The translations under genes and the position numbers were made by a program. Below the pieces are notes generated by a model. That model worked only from the letters and a program-made list of their open reading frames with translations. It had not been told where the DNA came from and made no database searches. Shown here piece after piece: positions 1 through 11,752 of a stretch of DNA of 64,000 bases. The stretch's first letter is position 1. Each line of letters starts with the position of its first letter. The DNA lies in assembly GCA_951406725.2 (NCBI GenBank), contig OX597814.1, positions 78,740,001-78,804,000 of the forward strand. The letters run 5' to 3'. Source of the stretch: Octopus vulgaris (lineage: Eukaryota).

Positions 1-75
1 CTAACTGGTACTTTGTTTTATTAATTGTAGAGGCATGGAAGGCAAGGATAACAATTTTGTTAACCCATAATAAAC

Positions 76-129
76 CTGAAGAGGTTTATTGAGACTGAAA
101 CATGTCTAGAATTATCTACCAGACATGCT
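76..129 (+). ncRNA. Degenerate type I hammerhead ribozyme motif (Penelope-type remnant)
   Basis: CTGAAGA (76-82), stem II GGTTT/AGACT (83-96), GAAA (97-100), stem III CATGTCT/AGACATG (101-127). U16.1 is replaced by C (128) and stem I is not evident. Confidence 0.45.
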
Positions 130-1199
130 GAAGGAACTGAAAATAATAGTTGCTGACTACTATTGCTTTTACTTAACCTCATATTTTCCAAGTTACCTTA
201 TAGTTAGCTTTTCGATGTTCCTGACATTAAAGATATAGCACTAACTTAACTAGAAACACATGAATGGTTAATATAAAATGAAACACCTACTTACTACAGC
301 CTAGCTATGTGTTACTGAAAAGGAAACAGCACTTATGTAATTTTTTTATTTAATCAAAATTAATCTTTGAAAGATTGTGATTGATATTGGTACTGATAGC
401 CAAAGGCACAATTTTATTACAATTTATTGTTTGTTTATTCTATGTTCAGTCATTGAGTTATGGCTATCATGCTGTCTTCTTCTTCATATGAGAAAAATAG
501 TGACTAGTCAGCTTTGAAAGTTTTTGAACATTTCAAAGATAACTAGACATAATTAAATCAATATATATTTTTTGACCTATCGCTGTACCAAGTTTTGATA
601 GCAACATGATTCCCAAGAACTACAGAACCAAAAATACACGCAAAATCAACCCAGTGAGGAAACTTAACAAACAGAGAAACATGAGGTAGAAACTGATGGT
701 GAGCTGCAAAGTCAAAACATCTAAGAAAACAAATGTTTATGATATAGCTAGAAATGGAGCAGAGCTGAGGAGGTAGAGGTTATCAAAGCTTTCTTCATTG
801 ACAAATTAAAACTCCTTGAGCAACATCACAGAGTTGCTTGACCAAATCAGGCAAGAAAAAAATCCCAATAGTCATCCACAAATAAAAAGCATATAACTTG
901 TCAAACATTAGAAGTGATATTATGTAAACAACAACAACAATATCAACATCAATAACAACCAAATAATCTTTGATGAAGAGGAAAAACAGAGCACAGAGCT
1001 ACTAAAAAGGCAAAAATACAACACAATAATTCTGTATAACCCAACAACAATCGCAATAACAGAACATAACTATACAGCAATCCATCTACAGCACATAAAC
1101 ATAGTAAGAGAAACAAAAAAACAACATTAAGCCTATCAGAGCCAAGTAAGAATAAAGAACAATATTTCAATGCCAACACATGCAAATAAATACAATCAC

Positions 1200-1800
1200 T
1201 TGGATATTATAATAGACAGCCCTTAAGTTAGCAGCATATCCCCAAACATTGGCAAATAGAGGCCTTTATCATTATCAGGCAAGCCTTTAATTTGTCAGAA
1301 GAGACTAGTAAATCAGATGAGCTCAGTAGTTGCTAATATGCAGTTAGCCAGTTCAAAGGAGCAGTGGCCATTGTAACATTAGTAAAAGGAGCAGAAAGAT
1401 GAATCAGCACAGCTGTGAGCCAGTGATTAAACTGTGTCAGTGGCTGATTTATTCCCAATCTTCTGAGTGATTTTTGTTTGGATGAGCTCTAAGATGTTTT
1501 CACATGTAGCAGCTGCACTGTTTCAAATATCTCAGGAGTAGTTCATTGTTTATAGTTGATTTTGTAGAGGCTGAAGCATTTTCTGGACTAGAATAGGAAT
1601 ATTTGTGTTTGTGATGCAGTTTAGACAATCTTATAATATATATGGATGTTGCCATGAAAAATGATCTTTTGTAGTAATGTTGATGGCTTTAGTTGGACAT
1701 CGTTCATGTATATGGATAGTGTGTAGTGTGTAGTGCAAGGTAGTTTATTTCATATGTGTGGTAATTATTTCTTGGTACTCTGGAAGATTGTCAGACTATC
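1200..1800 (-). mobile_element. Degenerate Penelope-like GIY-YIG endonuclease C-terminus and 3' region
   Basis: Minus-strand translation gives QKSLRRLGINQPL (cf. EQxLIFxLGTLxPxG of PLE endonuclease C-termini), preceded by weaker Cys/His-type remnants. Confidence 0.35.
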
Positions 1801-1880
1801 AATGTATCAAATATTAACTAACAAATGTATGGCTGCAGAATATAGTAACAAAAACAGTTGGCATTGAAAAAAAAATCTCT

Positions 1881-2343
1881 GGGCTGTGTAGTAAGAAGCT
1901 TGCTTTTCAACCACATGGTTCCAGGTTCAGTCCCACTGCATGACCCCTTGGGTGAGTGTCTTGTACTAGAATCTTGAGCCAACCAAAGCCTTGTGAGTGG
2001 ATTTAGTAGACAGAAACTGAAAGAAGCCCGTTGTGTGTATGTGTGTGTGTGTGTGTGTGCATATATATATATGGTTATGTGTGTGTGTGTGTGTGTGTGC
2101 ACGCATATATATATGGTTATGTGTGTGTGTATGTGTGTGTGTGTCTGTTTGTCACCCTACAATAGCTTGACAAGTGATGGTGTGTTTACGTCCCTGTAAC
2201 TTAGCAGTTTGGCAAAAGGAAATGATAGAATAAGTACTAGGCTTACAAAGAATAAGTCTTAGGGTTGATATCTTTGACTTCAAAACCCTTTAAGGCAGTG
2301 CTCCAGCATGGCTGCAGTCAAATGACTGAAACAAATAAAAGAA
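1881..2343 (+). mobile_element. SINE family A (tRNA head, CORE-like domain, internal (GT)n, GTAAAAGA tail; resembles octopus OR2-type CORE-SINE), near full length
   Basis: A-box-like GGCTGTGTAGTAAG, B-box GGTTCAGTCCC, CCTTGGGTGAGTGTCTT core, 3' GCAGTCAAATGACTGAAAC; about 30 related copies in the window. Confidence 0.9.
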
Positions 2344-2939
2344 TTCAACTGAACCAGCATGCGAACAAAAGTTTCAATGGAAAAATTGGCCAAAAGAGAA
2401 AATATGTAACAATAGTATGTGTTATCTAAGACAAATATGCAAAAATATAGACAAAAGAAAAAAAGAGCAAAGCTATACAAAAGACCTACAATTAAGGAGA
2501 AACAAGAATTCAGAGAAACAAAAGAAAGATTAGTTCAACAGGTGAAAAAAGGCAAATATTTAAGAATACACAGGCCTGAAAATAGAATCAAATAATTCAA
2601 AAAAAATAAACTGTTCTGAGAAGATAAGCAAAACCTTTACAGGGAATTGCACAACAGAACTGTAGTAACAGAGAATTCTCCAGATAAAGAAACACAGAAA
2701 CTTTGAAGAAAACTATCAAGAATAGAAATACTTCATAAAACAAATGGAATAATCCATAGAACAACAGAACAAGTGAACCTTGTAGTAGCTTAAGCATGAG
2801 CAAATATAACAGTAGAGAATATATTAGAAACTGAAAGGAAGAAGGCAATTAAAAACCCCATAAAATGTGAGATACAGCCTAAACTTTCTGGATCTACATG
2901 ACTTAAATAAACCTGGTCAAATGTTTCATTAAAAATTAT

Positions 2940-3115
2940 TTCAAATTTTAGAACAAGGCCAGCAATTTTAGGGAGAGGATTTAGTTGATAACACTTGACT
3001 GGTACTTGTTTTATCAACCCTGTAAAAGACAAAATTGATCCTAGTGGTATTTGAACTCAGCAAATAAAGGGCCAGAAGAAATGCCTATGTTCAACATGGT
3101 GATGATTCTACCTTA
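2940..3115 (-). mobile_element. SINE family B (Meta-domain-like), degenerate
   Basis: Matches the family B consensus (ACAAGGCC...GACTGGTACTT...TTTGAACTCAG). Confidence 0.75.
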
Positions 3116-3494
3116 ATCTTTTAATGAGACACTTGTCACAAATATCATACCAGCTAGCATTAGGGGATGGTCTGGGAAACAGGTGTGGCTCCATTCCACA
3201 CAATTATATGCCAATCATGATCCTGACATGGACAATAAAAAGATATATGAACACCAAGATACAAATAAAATTGTACTGGAAGAGGAGAGTTGAAGAGGAT
3301 GGTTATATAGCTGTAAAGACCAGCTATGGCAATGTCTCCATCACTCTGCCAAATAGGAAATAATTCTAAGCATATTAGACTTATTACCCTTGGTTATGAT
3401 ATACAAACTAGAATGTTACCTGCCATATGAGAGGTAATGTTTGGGAATATCATTTTGCCATTGTGGGTAACAACAGATAATATTATATATATAG

Positions 3495-3829
3495 TTAAAG
3501 TAAAGACCCTCATCGATCATGAATGACCATGGGATTGTACCTAGAAAGTTCCCCTCCAAGGTACAAATCCAGGGCAAGGTTGTTTATGGAAGATCAGCAG
3601 TTACCCATGCCTGCCAGCCTCCCTTCTCCATGCCACTGATGTATTCCAAGGGAAAGGAAAGGCCGATACAGCTTGGCACCAGTGATGTAGCAACTCATTT
3701 CTACAGCTGAGTGAACTGGAGCAATGTGAAATAAAGTGTCTTGCTCAAGAACACAATACACTGACAGGTCCAGGAATTGAACTCACTACCTCATGATTGT
3801 GAACCTAATGCTCTAATCACTGAGCCATG
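3495..3829 (-). mobile_element. SINE family D (tRNA head, CORE-like CTTGAGCAAGACACTT, distinct tail)
   Basis: Minus strand reads TGGCTCAGTGATTAGAGC...GAGTTCAATTCC; close paralogue at 59748-60078. Confidence 0.85.
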
Positions 3830-4763
3830 TTTGATAATTAGATGGTATTGGAATGAGAAAAATGGTGAAATTATAATTATTATATTGATGTAGGATTACC
3901 AGACATTACCCACAGCAGCAATATTATTTGTCATCTAACAGGTGACATACTAATAAATAGATAAAATAGAAAAAAAAAACCTATATACTAATTGAACAGA
4001 TAACTAATAAAAAACAAAATAACCTATAATGATTGTGTTTCATATTCACAGACCTTTGAATGGAAAAAAATTATAAAAATTATCATAAGTAATTATAGGT
4101 TTCATAAAACTAGCATGCCTAAATGGACATCCAAAATAATAGTATGTCACAAAGATGAGAGTCTAAAAACTGACATCATTAACATTGAAAATAGAATTTT
4201 CTGAAGAGATTCACCCTCATCAATCCTGTTCCCTCTTGCTTTTCTTCTATTAAGTACAGTGACAAATTCTACAAGAAATAGTTACAGAGTTGATGAGGCC
4301 AAGAGCTGCCACTTACTCTATATGGACAGCATCAAACTCCAATTCAGATCTAATAATAAATAGCTGGGAAATATTTCACCTTACAGTAGACATAATACTT
4401 TATAGCTCTGACATTAATATGGAGTTTGGAATTGATAAACATGTCAAGGCTAGCATTAGTTGAGGAACACTGACCAAGTCAATAAATACAGATAATGAAA
4501 TCAACCAAGCAATATAATTAATTATCAGGAAAAAGAAGAGGTATTAATATTGGTGAATCAATGATGAGGGAATATATAGCATTTCAGAGTGAAATAGATA
4601 CTGTGAAAAGAATACATCTGATGGCCTAGGTTTGAAACGATCCTAAATAGTGAATTTAAATCACAAGATGGGAGAAAGAAGCAACTTAGCTATCATAGCA
4701 GTAAGATATATATTCAGTTAAATAAACTAGAAGTGTATGATATTCAAGAAATGTACAGAAAAT

Positions 4764-4912
4764 GTAGCTGTGTGGTAAGAAGATTGCTCCTTGACCACAT
4801 GGTACTGGGTTCAATCTTAGTGAGTTGCAATTTGGGTAAATATCTTCTACTTCAGCCCCAGGCCAACCAAAACATCGTGAGTGGATTTGGTAGATGAAAA
4901 CTGAAAGAAGCA
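4764..4912 (+). mobile_element. SINE family A, 5' half
   Basis: GCTGTGTGGTAAGAAG...GAGTGGATTTGGTAGA...CTGAAAGAAGC. Confidence 0.8.
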
Positions 4913-4914
4913 TA

Positions 4915-4930
4915 TCTGTCTGTCTGTCAG

Positions 4931-4961
<31 letters not shown>

Positions 4962-4964
4962 CTC

Positions 4965-5047
<83 letters not shown>

Positions 5048-5055
5048 GGACAGAT
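4915..5055. repeat. (TCTA)n immediately followed by (GATA)n: self-complementary microsatellite
   Basis: Seen directly; the tracts switch at ~4962. Confidence 0.95.
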
Positions 5056-5184
5056 AAATATAAGCTTAGAGAAAGGTTATATGCCCATGACTGCTGGAGT
5101 CTGATGAGTCATCTATAAAGCTAAGTGCTTTATGGATACGAAACCATTGGTCATTCTATGAATGGACATATATTTAACTTCATG

Positions 5185-5248
<64 letters not shown>

Positions 5249-5315
5249 GTAGTGAATAAACTGTCATCTAAATTACGCAAAAATGAAAATAACAATGACA
5301 TCTTTTAACAGGTAT

Positions 5316-5522
5316 TCTATTTGTTTCAGTCATTTGACTATGGCCATGCTGGAGCACCGCCTTTCATTGAACAAATTGACCCTAGGGCTTATTCTTTGTA
5401 AGCCTAGTATCTATTCTATTGGTCTCTTTTGCTGAACCACCAAGTTATGGGGACATAAGCACACCAACATCAGTTGTTAAGCGATGGTGCAGGGGACAAA
5501 CACGGATACACAAACATATATA
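5316..5522 (-). mobile_element. SINE family A, 3' half
   Basis: TTTCAGTCATTTGACTATGGCCATGCTGGAGCACCGCC is the reverse complement of the family A tail. Confidence 0.85.
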
Positions 5523-5715
5523 TGCCAAGCAGTACAGCATGTTGTTTCCCAATTTATGGCAGAGTGAATTGTGTCATGGGGCTGTTTTTCTCACAGACAG
5601 GGCCCAACTGACCCTAGTATACTGTGTAGTTGACAAAATCAAAAGCAAACAATGCACATGCACAAAATTAATAATTTTAAATGGCGACAATTTACCCATC
5701 ACACCTGTGTGTATA

Positions 5716-5768
<53 letters not shown>

Positions 5769-6134
5769 ATAGAATATAAAAGGAGTTTTCATCAACTGAC
5801 ATAAAGTAATAGGCATGTACAATGAGTGCTCAGTTTGATTTACCACTAGAATTCTGTCTTGAACTTTAACTGAAGAGTGTGGTGTTGAGATTGCCTATCT
5901 GAGACAGCTAGAAGTAATTTTTCTTTGAGCAGGTAGATACAGATTAAAGTAAAACCAAAAAAGCAAAACGTTTGGCACCACTTGAAAAGGACATTTAATT
6001 TAGACAGAGAATATAGACATAGAGAGTCTCTTACAACTGAATGTTTCTGTTCTCTATCTAAATTAAATGTCCTTTTCAAGTGATGATATATGTTTTACTT
6101 TTTCCCCTATATATGTGTGCCTGCATATATCTGT

Positions 6135-6305
6135 AGGTGTGTGTGTTTGTCCCTCAGCACTACTTGACAACTTGTGTTGGTTTGTTTACATTCCAATAAG
6201 TATTGGGCTTAACAAAAATAAACACTGGGGTTGATTTGTTTGACTAACCCCTTCACAGTGGTACCCCAGTATGGCTGCAGTCTAATGACTGAAACAAGTA
6301 AAAGG
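6135..6305 (+). mobile_element. SINE family A, 3' half
   Basis: CTTGACAAC...CAGTATGGCTGCAGTCTAATGACTGAAACAAGTAAAA. Confidence 0.8.
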
Positions 6306-6524
6306 TGAAAGATGAAAAAAATAAGAAAACTAGCTTACATGAGGTTGTCTAACCAGCTAGAAATAGCAACCGAATTTCCCATAAATAACATTATTTTGAA
6401 AAAGAAAGAAGGGCACATTGTTATAAATATGAGATAGTCATGGTGAGAATGTATTTGTTCGTAGGTCTGTTCAATCATGGTTCATCTGGGGGTTAAATAA
6501 AAATTGTTAATGAAATTCAAATTA

Positions 6525-6836
6525 AAATTCTAATTGTGGAGGGAACCTGTGGAATAGGTAGACCCAGGAAGTCATAGGACAAGGTGGTGAAATATAATTT
6601 TTGGTTGTTGAATCTCATGGAAGCAATGACAAGTGACTGAGACTTCTGGTGATTTGTTGTGCTTGAGAAGACATGTCAGACTAGGTGAAATTGTAGGACG
6701 AACATCCAGTCATAGAAACCATGCCAAAACAGATGACTGAAGCCTGGTGTAGCTCTCTGACTTACCAGCTCCAGTCAAACCATCTAATTCATGCCAGCAT
6801 GGAAAATGGACATTAAATGATGATGATGGTGATGAA
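6525..6836 (+). mobile_element. RTE-X-like LINE 3' end (ORF C-terminus, 3'UTR, (GAT)n tail)
   Basis: Peptide VEGTCGIGRPRKS*DKVVK...LLEK-type ending (cf. VEGxxGRGRPRKTW), then CATGCCAGCATGGAAAATGGACATTAAATGATGATG tail. Confidence 0.75.
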
Positions 6837-7389
6837 ATAACTTTAATCAAAAGTTAACACATACCACATAAATGTTTGGTAGACAGAATACAGAAAAAAA
6901 GTTTTGTGTAACTGGAGATGCTCTATAAAGCCTCAACAGGTGGACTGGATATTTACTTCCAGAAGAAAACAAGACAGTTATAAAATGTTACTCAACTAAA
7001 AAGCTGTATTTAATACACACAGAAGCTTAGAAATATTTAGCAGAATGTGTGTTCTAATCATACACTACTCACAAAACATGACACTTAACATTAAATACAC
7101 TTACAAACCAGAAAATAAGAAAGAAGTAAACCAAAAAACAACAACAGGAATACACCATATGAAATGAAACACCTCTATGAATAGTTCTTCAAACAACTGA
7201 ATAAAGCTGATTGTGACAAACAACAAAACTATATCAGGTTCCAAGGCTATCAACTGAAAAAGAGAACAGAAGGTTTGGTAATTCCTGTTGAGGAAAAAAT
7301 GATTCATTCAAAGCAGACACCACAAAAATATATATGAATAATTCTTTTTTAGAATGGTGGATCTTGAAGCAGATAAAACTACAAATAAT

Positions 7390-7792
7390 CCTTTCTACTA
7401 TAGGCGCAAGGCCTGGAAATTCAGGGGAGGGGACTAGTCAATTACATCGACCTCAGTGTTTCACTTGTACTTAATTTATCGACCTCAAAAAGATGAAAGG
7501 CAAAGTCAACCTTGGTGGAATTTGAACTCAGAATGTGAATACAGCTAAACATTCTGCCAGCTCACTGCATTAATGATAATAACAATAATAATAATAATCC
7601 TTTCTACTATAGGCACAAGGTCTGAAATTTTAGGGAGAAGACTAGTCAATGACATCGACCCCGATACTTGACTGGTACTTAATTTGTTGACCCCAAAAGG
7701 ATGAAAGTCAAACAGAATTTGAACTCAGTATGCAAAGACGGATGAAACACTGCTAAGCATTCCACCTGGCATGCTCATGATTCTGCCAAAAG
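7390..7792 (-). mobile_element. Tandem dimer of SINE family B flanked by an 11-bp target duplication
   Basis: Two B copies (7390-7570, 7597-7790); CTACAAATAAT at 7379-7389 and 7793-7803. Confidence 0.85.
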
Positions 7793-7964
7793 CTACAAAT
7801 AATATGTAAATACTGGGTTAAAAACCCTATTTATTCAAGATCCACCATTCCAAAAAAGAATTACTTCATGTTCTCTCAAAGATTATAAATTTGTATGTTA
7901 TCAACAGTCTACGATTCTCTTTGGTAAGAATAAAGTTTCTAAAATGGATAGAGAAATTCAAAGG

Positions 7965-8035
7965 ACTGCTTTGGTCCAATGGTAGAACACCTGTCATGTT
8001 TACAGGAGATATGGGTTTGAGTCCCATGGGCAGCT
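7965..8035 (+). tRNA. tRNA-like cloverleaf or pseudogene (Gly-like D arm, non-canonical anticodon loop CATGTTT) within a repeat unit
   Basis: Acceptor ACTGCTT/GGGCAGC (6/7 pairs), D arm GTCC-AATGGTA-GAAC, anticodon stem CCTGT/ACAGG, 4-nt variable loop, T stem ATGGG/CCCAT with loop TTTGAGT. Confidence 0.65.
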
Positions 8036-8179
8036 TTCAGTGTTTTCTATCCAAATGGTTTTTCAACCCAATATTTACATGCTATTATTTATAGATCTAC
8101 TGTTTCAAAGAAAGAATCATTTTGTGTTCTCTCAAAGTTTATAAATTCTTATGAGGCTGAAAAAAATTATATATATAGA

Positions 8180-8372
8180 TATGTATTTATGTGTGTGTGT
8201 CTTTGTGTCTATGTTTGTTCCCCCACCATCACTTGACAACTGGTGTTGGTGTGTTTATGTCCCCATAACTTAGCAGTTTGACAAAAGAGACCAATAGGAC
8301 AAGTACTTGGCTTACAAAGAATAAGTCCTGGGGTCGATTTGTTCAACTAAAAAACTCTTTAAGATGGTGCAA
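8180..8372 (+). mobile_element. SINE family A, 3' half
   Basis: CTTGACAACTGGTGTTGG...AATAAGTCCTGGGGTCGATTTG. Confidence 0.85.
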
Positions 8373-9696
8373 GCATACACCAGAGATGGTTATGGAAAAG
8401 AGAAAATGGTGATTTTCTCCAGGATATATAAAATACATACAGATAAAAAGATTGGAACAAACTGTCCTGATATAAATTTAAAATGAAAATAAGATCCGAT
8501 AATAATTGGATATTGAAAAATTCTCCAAACATAATAACCTCCAAATGAAGACATCAAAGCATATTAAAAAAAACCCCCAGTAATTATAAGAGTGTTTAGA
8601 GAAACAAAGCTAGCTAAAAATTGAAGCAGTACCTGATAATTTTTCCCTATGCTATGATAGCACCTCTAGGATATGCTCATATTCTGCATAAGAAAACAAA
8701 ACATACCTTACATCTACTGAGTTACATAATAGTTCTAGAGAGTAGAGTACATTAGGATAATAATATGAAAAGATGATAGTAATAATAATGGGTATGATCA
8801 CCAAAGAAGGACAGCTAATAAAGGAACCCACAAATCTGAGAACATGTGAGTCTAAGGACAAGTGTCTTCTCACAGTTGTATTCTCTGGCCTACAAGACCA
8901 TTCATATAGACTATTATTGCATCTCTCATACAACTTCCAGCAAATGGAAGGCACTACCTATCTCTCTCTTTCCCCCCTCAACTTCTTCCCCAAGTTGTAT
9001 ATGGAGAAGTTGATAAGAGTTTGGGGAATGAAGTGGGTGTTTGCCTTTGCTTTTCATTTTTTCAATCATGTCAATCAATCTCTTTGACGATCATTCGTTA
9101 CTAGTAACATAACTGTCACTTATAAACCCACAAGAGTTTATTTACATTTCTGAAGAAAAATGATACCCTTCCCCCCACATATAGAAAAATAAAAATTTTA
9201 CGGAAAGTGGAAAGTGACAATCTTCTTCAAATGTAAACAAATACACGTGACATGACGTAAATGGGACTCATATCGAAAGAATACCATCTCTTTTATTATA
9301 CCCTTTAGACAGAATAAAACTGCCTGCCCTTCATGGTCATAGGAAGGCAATGGGGCAAGCCTAACAATGGACTTGGTTGATGGCCAGATCTGTTCTACAT
9401 GCAACAAAAGCTGTTCAATAAAACTTCATAGTTCAGTAATGCTCAATTACTGAATGAATGTAACAGAACAGAGTTTCATCATGCTGTACACACACACACA
9501 TCAGACAGACCTGGGTGATGATGCTACATGTTTGTAGAGTTTATGCTTAACAAGCAATATCCACTCCCTACCAGTAGTACTACTAGGCCAGGGACAAAAA
9601 CAATTTGTATTATATTATCACAAGGCAATACAAATACGAAACATTAAACTATACTGGACAAGAGAAACATTTTTGAGAATACGTGTTATTTTCATC

Positions 9697-9960
9697 TTTT
9701 ACTTATTTCAGTCATTAAATAGTAGCCAGACTGGAGCACCACCATGAAATGTTTAGTCCAACAAATCACTCTTGTACTTGTTTATTCTGTCTCTTTTGTA
9801 GAGCTGCTATGTTAAGTGATGTAAATAAACTAACACCAGATGTCAGTTAGTGGAGGTAGGACACACACACACATATACAATGGGCTTCCACATAGTTTCC
9901 ATCAAACAAATTCACTCACAAGGGATTGCTTGGTCCAGAGCTATAAATGATGACACTTGC
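9697..9960 (-). mobile_element. SINE family A, degenerate
   Basis: TTTCAGTCATT...CTGGAGCACC...AAATTCACTCACAAGG. Confidence 0.7.
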
Positions 9961-9964
9961 AGTA

Positions 9965-10124
9965 TGCTCAGTAAAGTGGTTGGAGTTAGAAAGGGCAACC
10001 AGCTGCAGAAATGATGCCAAAACAGACATGGAACCTGGGCAGCTCTTCAACTGGCCAGCTCTTGTCAAACCATCCAACCCATGCCAGCATGGAAAACAGA
10101 CGTTAAATGATGATGATAATGATG
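9965..10124 (+). mobile_element. RTE-X-type 3' tail fragment (family C)
   Basis: GAAAGGGCAACCAGCTG...CCATGCCAGCATGGAAAACAGACGTTAAATGATGATG. Confidence 0.8.
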
Positions 10125-10482
10125 AGGCATAGGAGTGGCTGTGTGGTAAGTCCCACTGCCTGGCACCTTGGGCAAGTGTCTTCTACTATAGCCTCGGGTA
10201 GACTAAAGCCTTGTGAGTGGATTTGGCAGATGGAAATTGAAAGAAGCACATCGTATATATATATATATATATATATACGTGTGTGTATATGTTTGTGTGT
10301 TTGTGTTTGTTCCCCCCAACATCGCTTGACAATCGATGTTGGTGTGTTTACGTCCCCGTAACTTAGTAGTTCGGCAAAAGTGACCGAAAGAATAAGTCCT
10401 GGGGTAGATTTGCTCGACTAAAGGCGGTGCTCCAGCATGGCCGCAGTCAAATGACTGAAACAAGTAAAAGAGTAAAAGAGTA
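10125..10482 (+). mobile_element. SINE family A with an internal deletion across the B-box region
   Basis: AGGAGTGGCTGTGTGGTAAG is joined directly to TCCCACTGC; the tail is intact. Confidence 0.9.
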
Positions 10483-10499
10483 TGGGAAACAGCAACAAC

Positions 10500-10916
10500 A
10501 GGCGCAGGAGTGGCTGTGTGGTGAGTAGTTTGCTAACCAACCACATGGTTCCGGGTTCAGTCCCACTGCATGGCGTCTTGGACAAGTGTCTTCTGCTATA
10601 GCCCCGGGCCGACCAATGCCTTGTGAGTGGATTTGGTAGACGGAAACTGAAAGAAGCCTGTTGTATATATGTATATATATGTGTATGTATGTGTATGTGT
10701 TTGTATGTCTGTGTTTGTCTCCCTAGCATTGCTTGACAACCGATGCTGGTATGTTTACGTCCCCGTAACTTAGCGGTTTGGCAAAAGAGACCGATAGAAT
10801 AAGTACTGGGCTTACAAAGAATAAGTCCCGGGGTCGAGTTGCTCAATTAAAGGCGGTGCTCCAGCATGGCCGCAGTCAAATGACTGAAACAAGTAAAAGA
10901 GTAAAAAAAGAGAGTA
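10500..10916 (+). mobile_element. SINE family A, young full-length copy
   Basis: CpG-rich; GGCGCAGGAGTGGCTGTGTGG A box, GGTTCAGTCCC B box, GTAAAAGA tail. Confidence 0.95.
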
Positions 10917-11612
10917 ACAGTGGCAAAAATTTTCCTTCTTTCTCACATAGGTCACAAAATCCTATGGGGGGTGGGTTAAAAGGAGTGAAGGACAAACGTT
11001 TGTGATATTCATGCCTTTACTGAAGGCACTTACAAAAGAGTTAAATAATAAATAGACTTCACTGGTGGTTGATGCTATCTCCAAGAGCAATGTGTGTATG
11101 TATGTGTGTGTGTGTGTGTGTGGATGAGGGGGTGAATAGAAAGAAAGCAAGTTGTTGGGGAAGCTCTGTCACCATCACAGTTGTTGAAATGTTGCTCCCT
11201 CTGATAACCCAAGCCAGCCTTTCACCAAGGGGTGATGATGATAGCTCCATAAAGTGAAATGATATGAAATGAAATGGTTTGAAAGTAAGATTCAGAAACT
11301 GGGTTGTTGATTGGAGGAACAGGGTAGATAGGTCAGTAGGTAGGTAGGTAGATAGGTAAGTGGTCTAGACCAGACTGCTGCTGCTGCTGCTGCTGCCACT
11401 ACTACTACTACAGCAGCAATAATAAATCACACCATTTAAATGCTTGGTAACCACAAAGTGACACATCCTTTCTCCCCAGTAGGTGTCACAAGAGGTAAAC
11501 AGTGGGGGTGAGGAGAGAACATTATAAAATATGTCAGATTAGAGGATGTGCAATAGTGACACAGGGGGGAGGGGGAGAGAAGAGTGGCATGTTTATATAA
11601 CATTCAGGGAAG

Positions 11613-11613
11613 A

Positions 11614-11652
<39 letters not shown>

Positions 11653-11666
11653 TATAATAATAATAA

Positions 11667-11697
<31 letters not shown>

Positions 11698-11752
11698 AAG
11701 AAGAAGAAGAAGAAGAAGAAGAAGAAGAAGAAGAAGAAGAAGAAGAAGAAGA
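11613..11752. repeat. Compound (AAT)n-(AAG)n microsatellite
   Basis: Seen directly; it produces the poly-I/R, N/K and S/Y ORFs. Confidence 0.95.

Larger units (their letters stand above)
460..8790 (+). mobile_element. Ancient fragmented R4/Dong-clade non-LTR retrotransposon (RT plus restriction-like endonuclease) interrupted by many younger insertions
   Basis: Colinear degenerate peptides on +: KWSRAEEVEVIKAFF (~752), FKKNKLF*EDKQNLYREL (~2600), IF*RDSPSSILF (~4195, cf. IFQGDSLSPLLF), HLLYMDSIKL (4310, YMDD), DINMEFGIDK (4410), LKKRTEGLVIP (~7255), HTDKKIGTNCPDI (8436, cf. HTDREIKANRPDI), IAPLGYAHILHK (8657). Confidence 0.8.

Noticed and set aside
7965-8035. Functional tRNA-Thr(UGU)
   Set aside because: A at position 33, pyrimidine at 37, mismatched first acceptor pair, T-loop TTT instead of TTC, and a repeat context.
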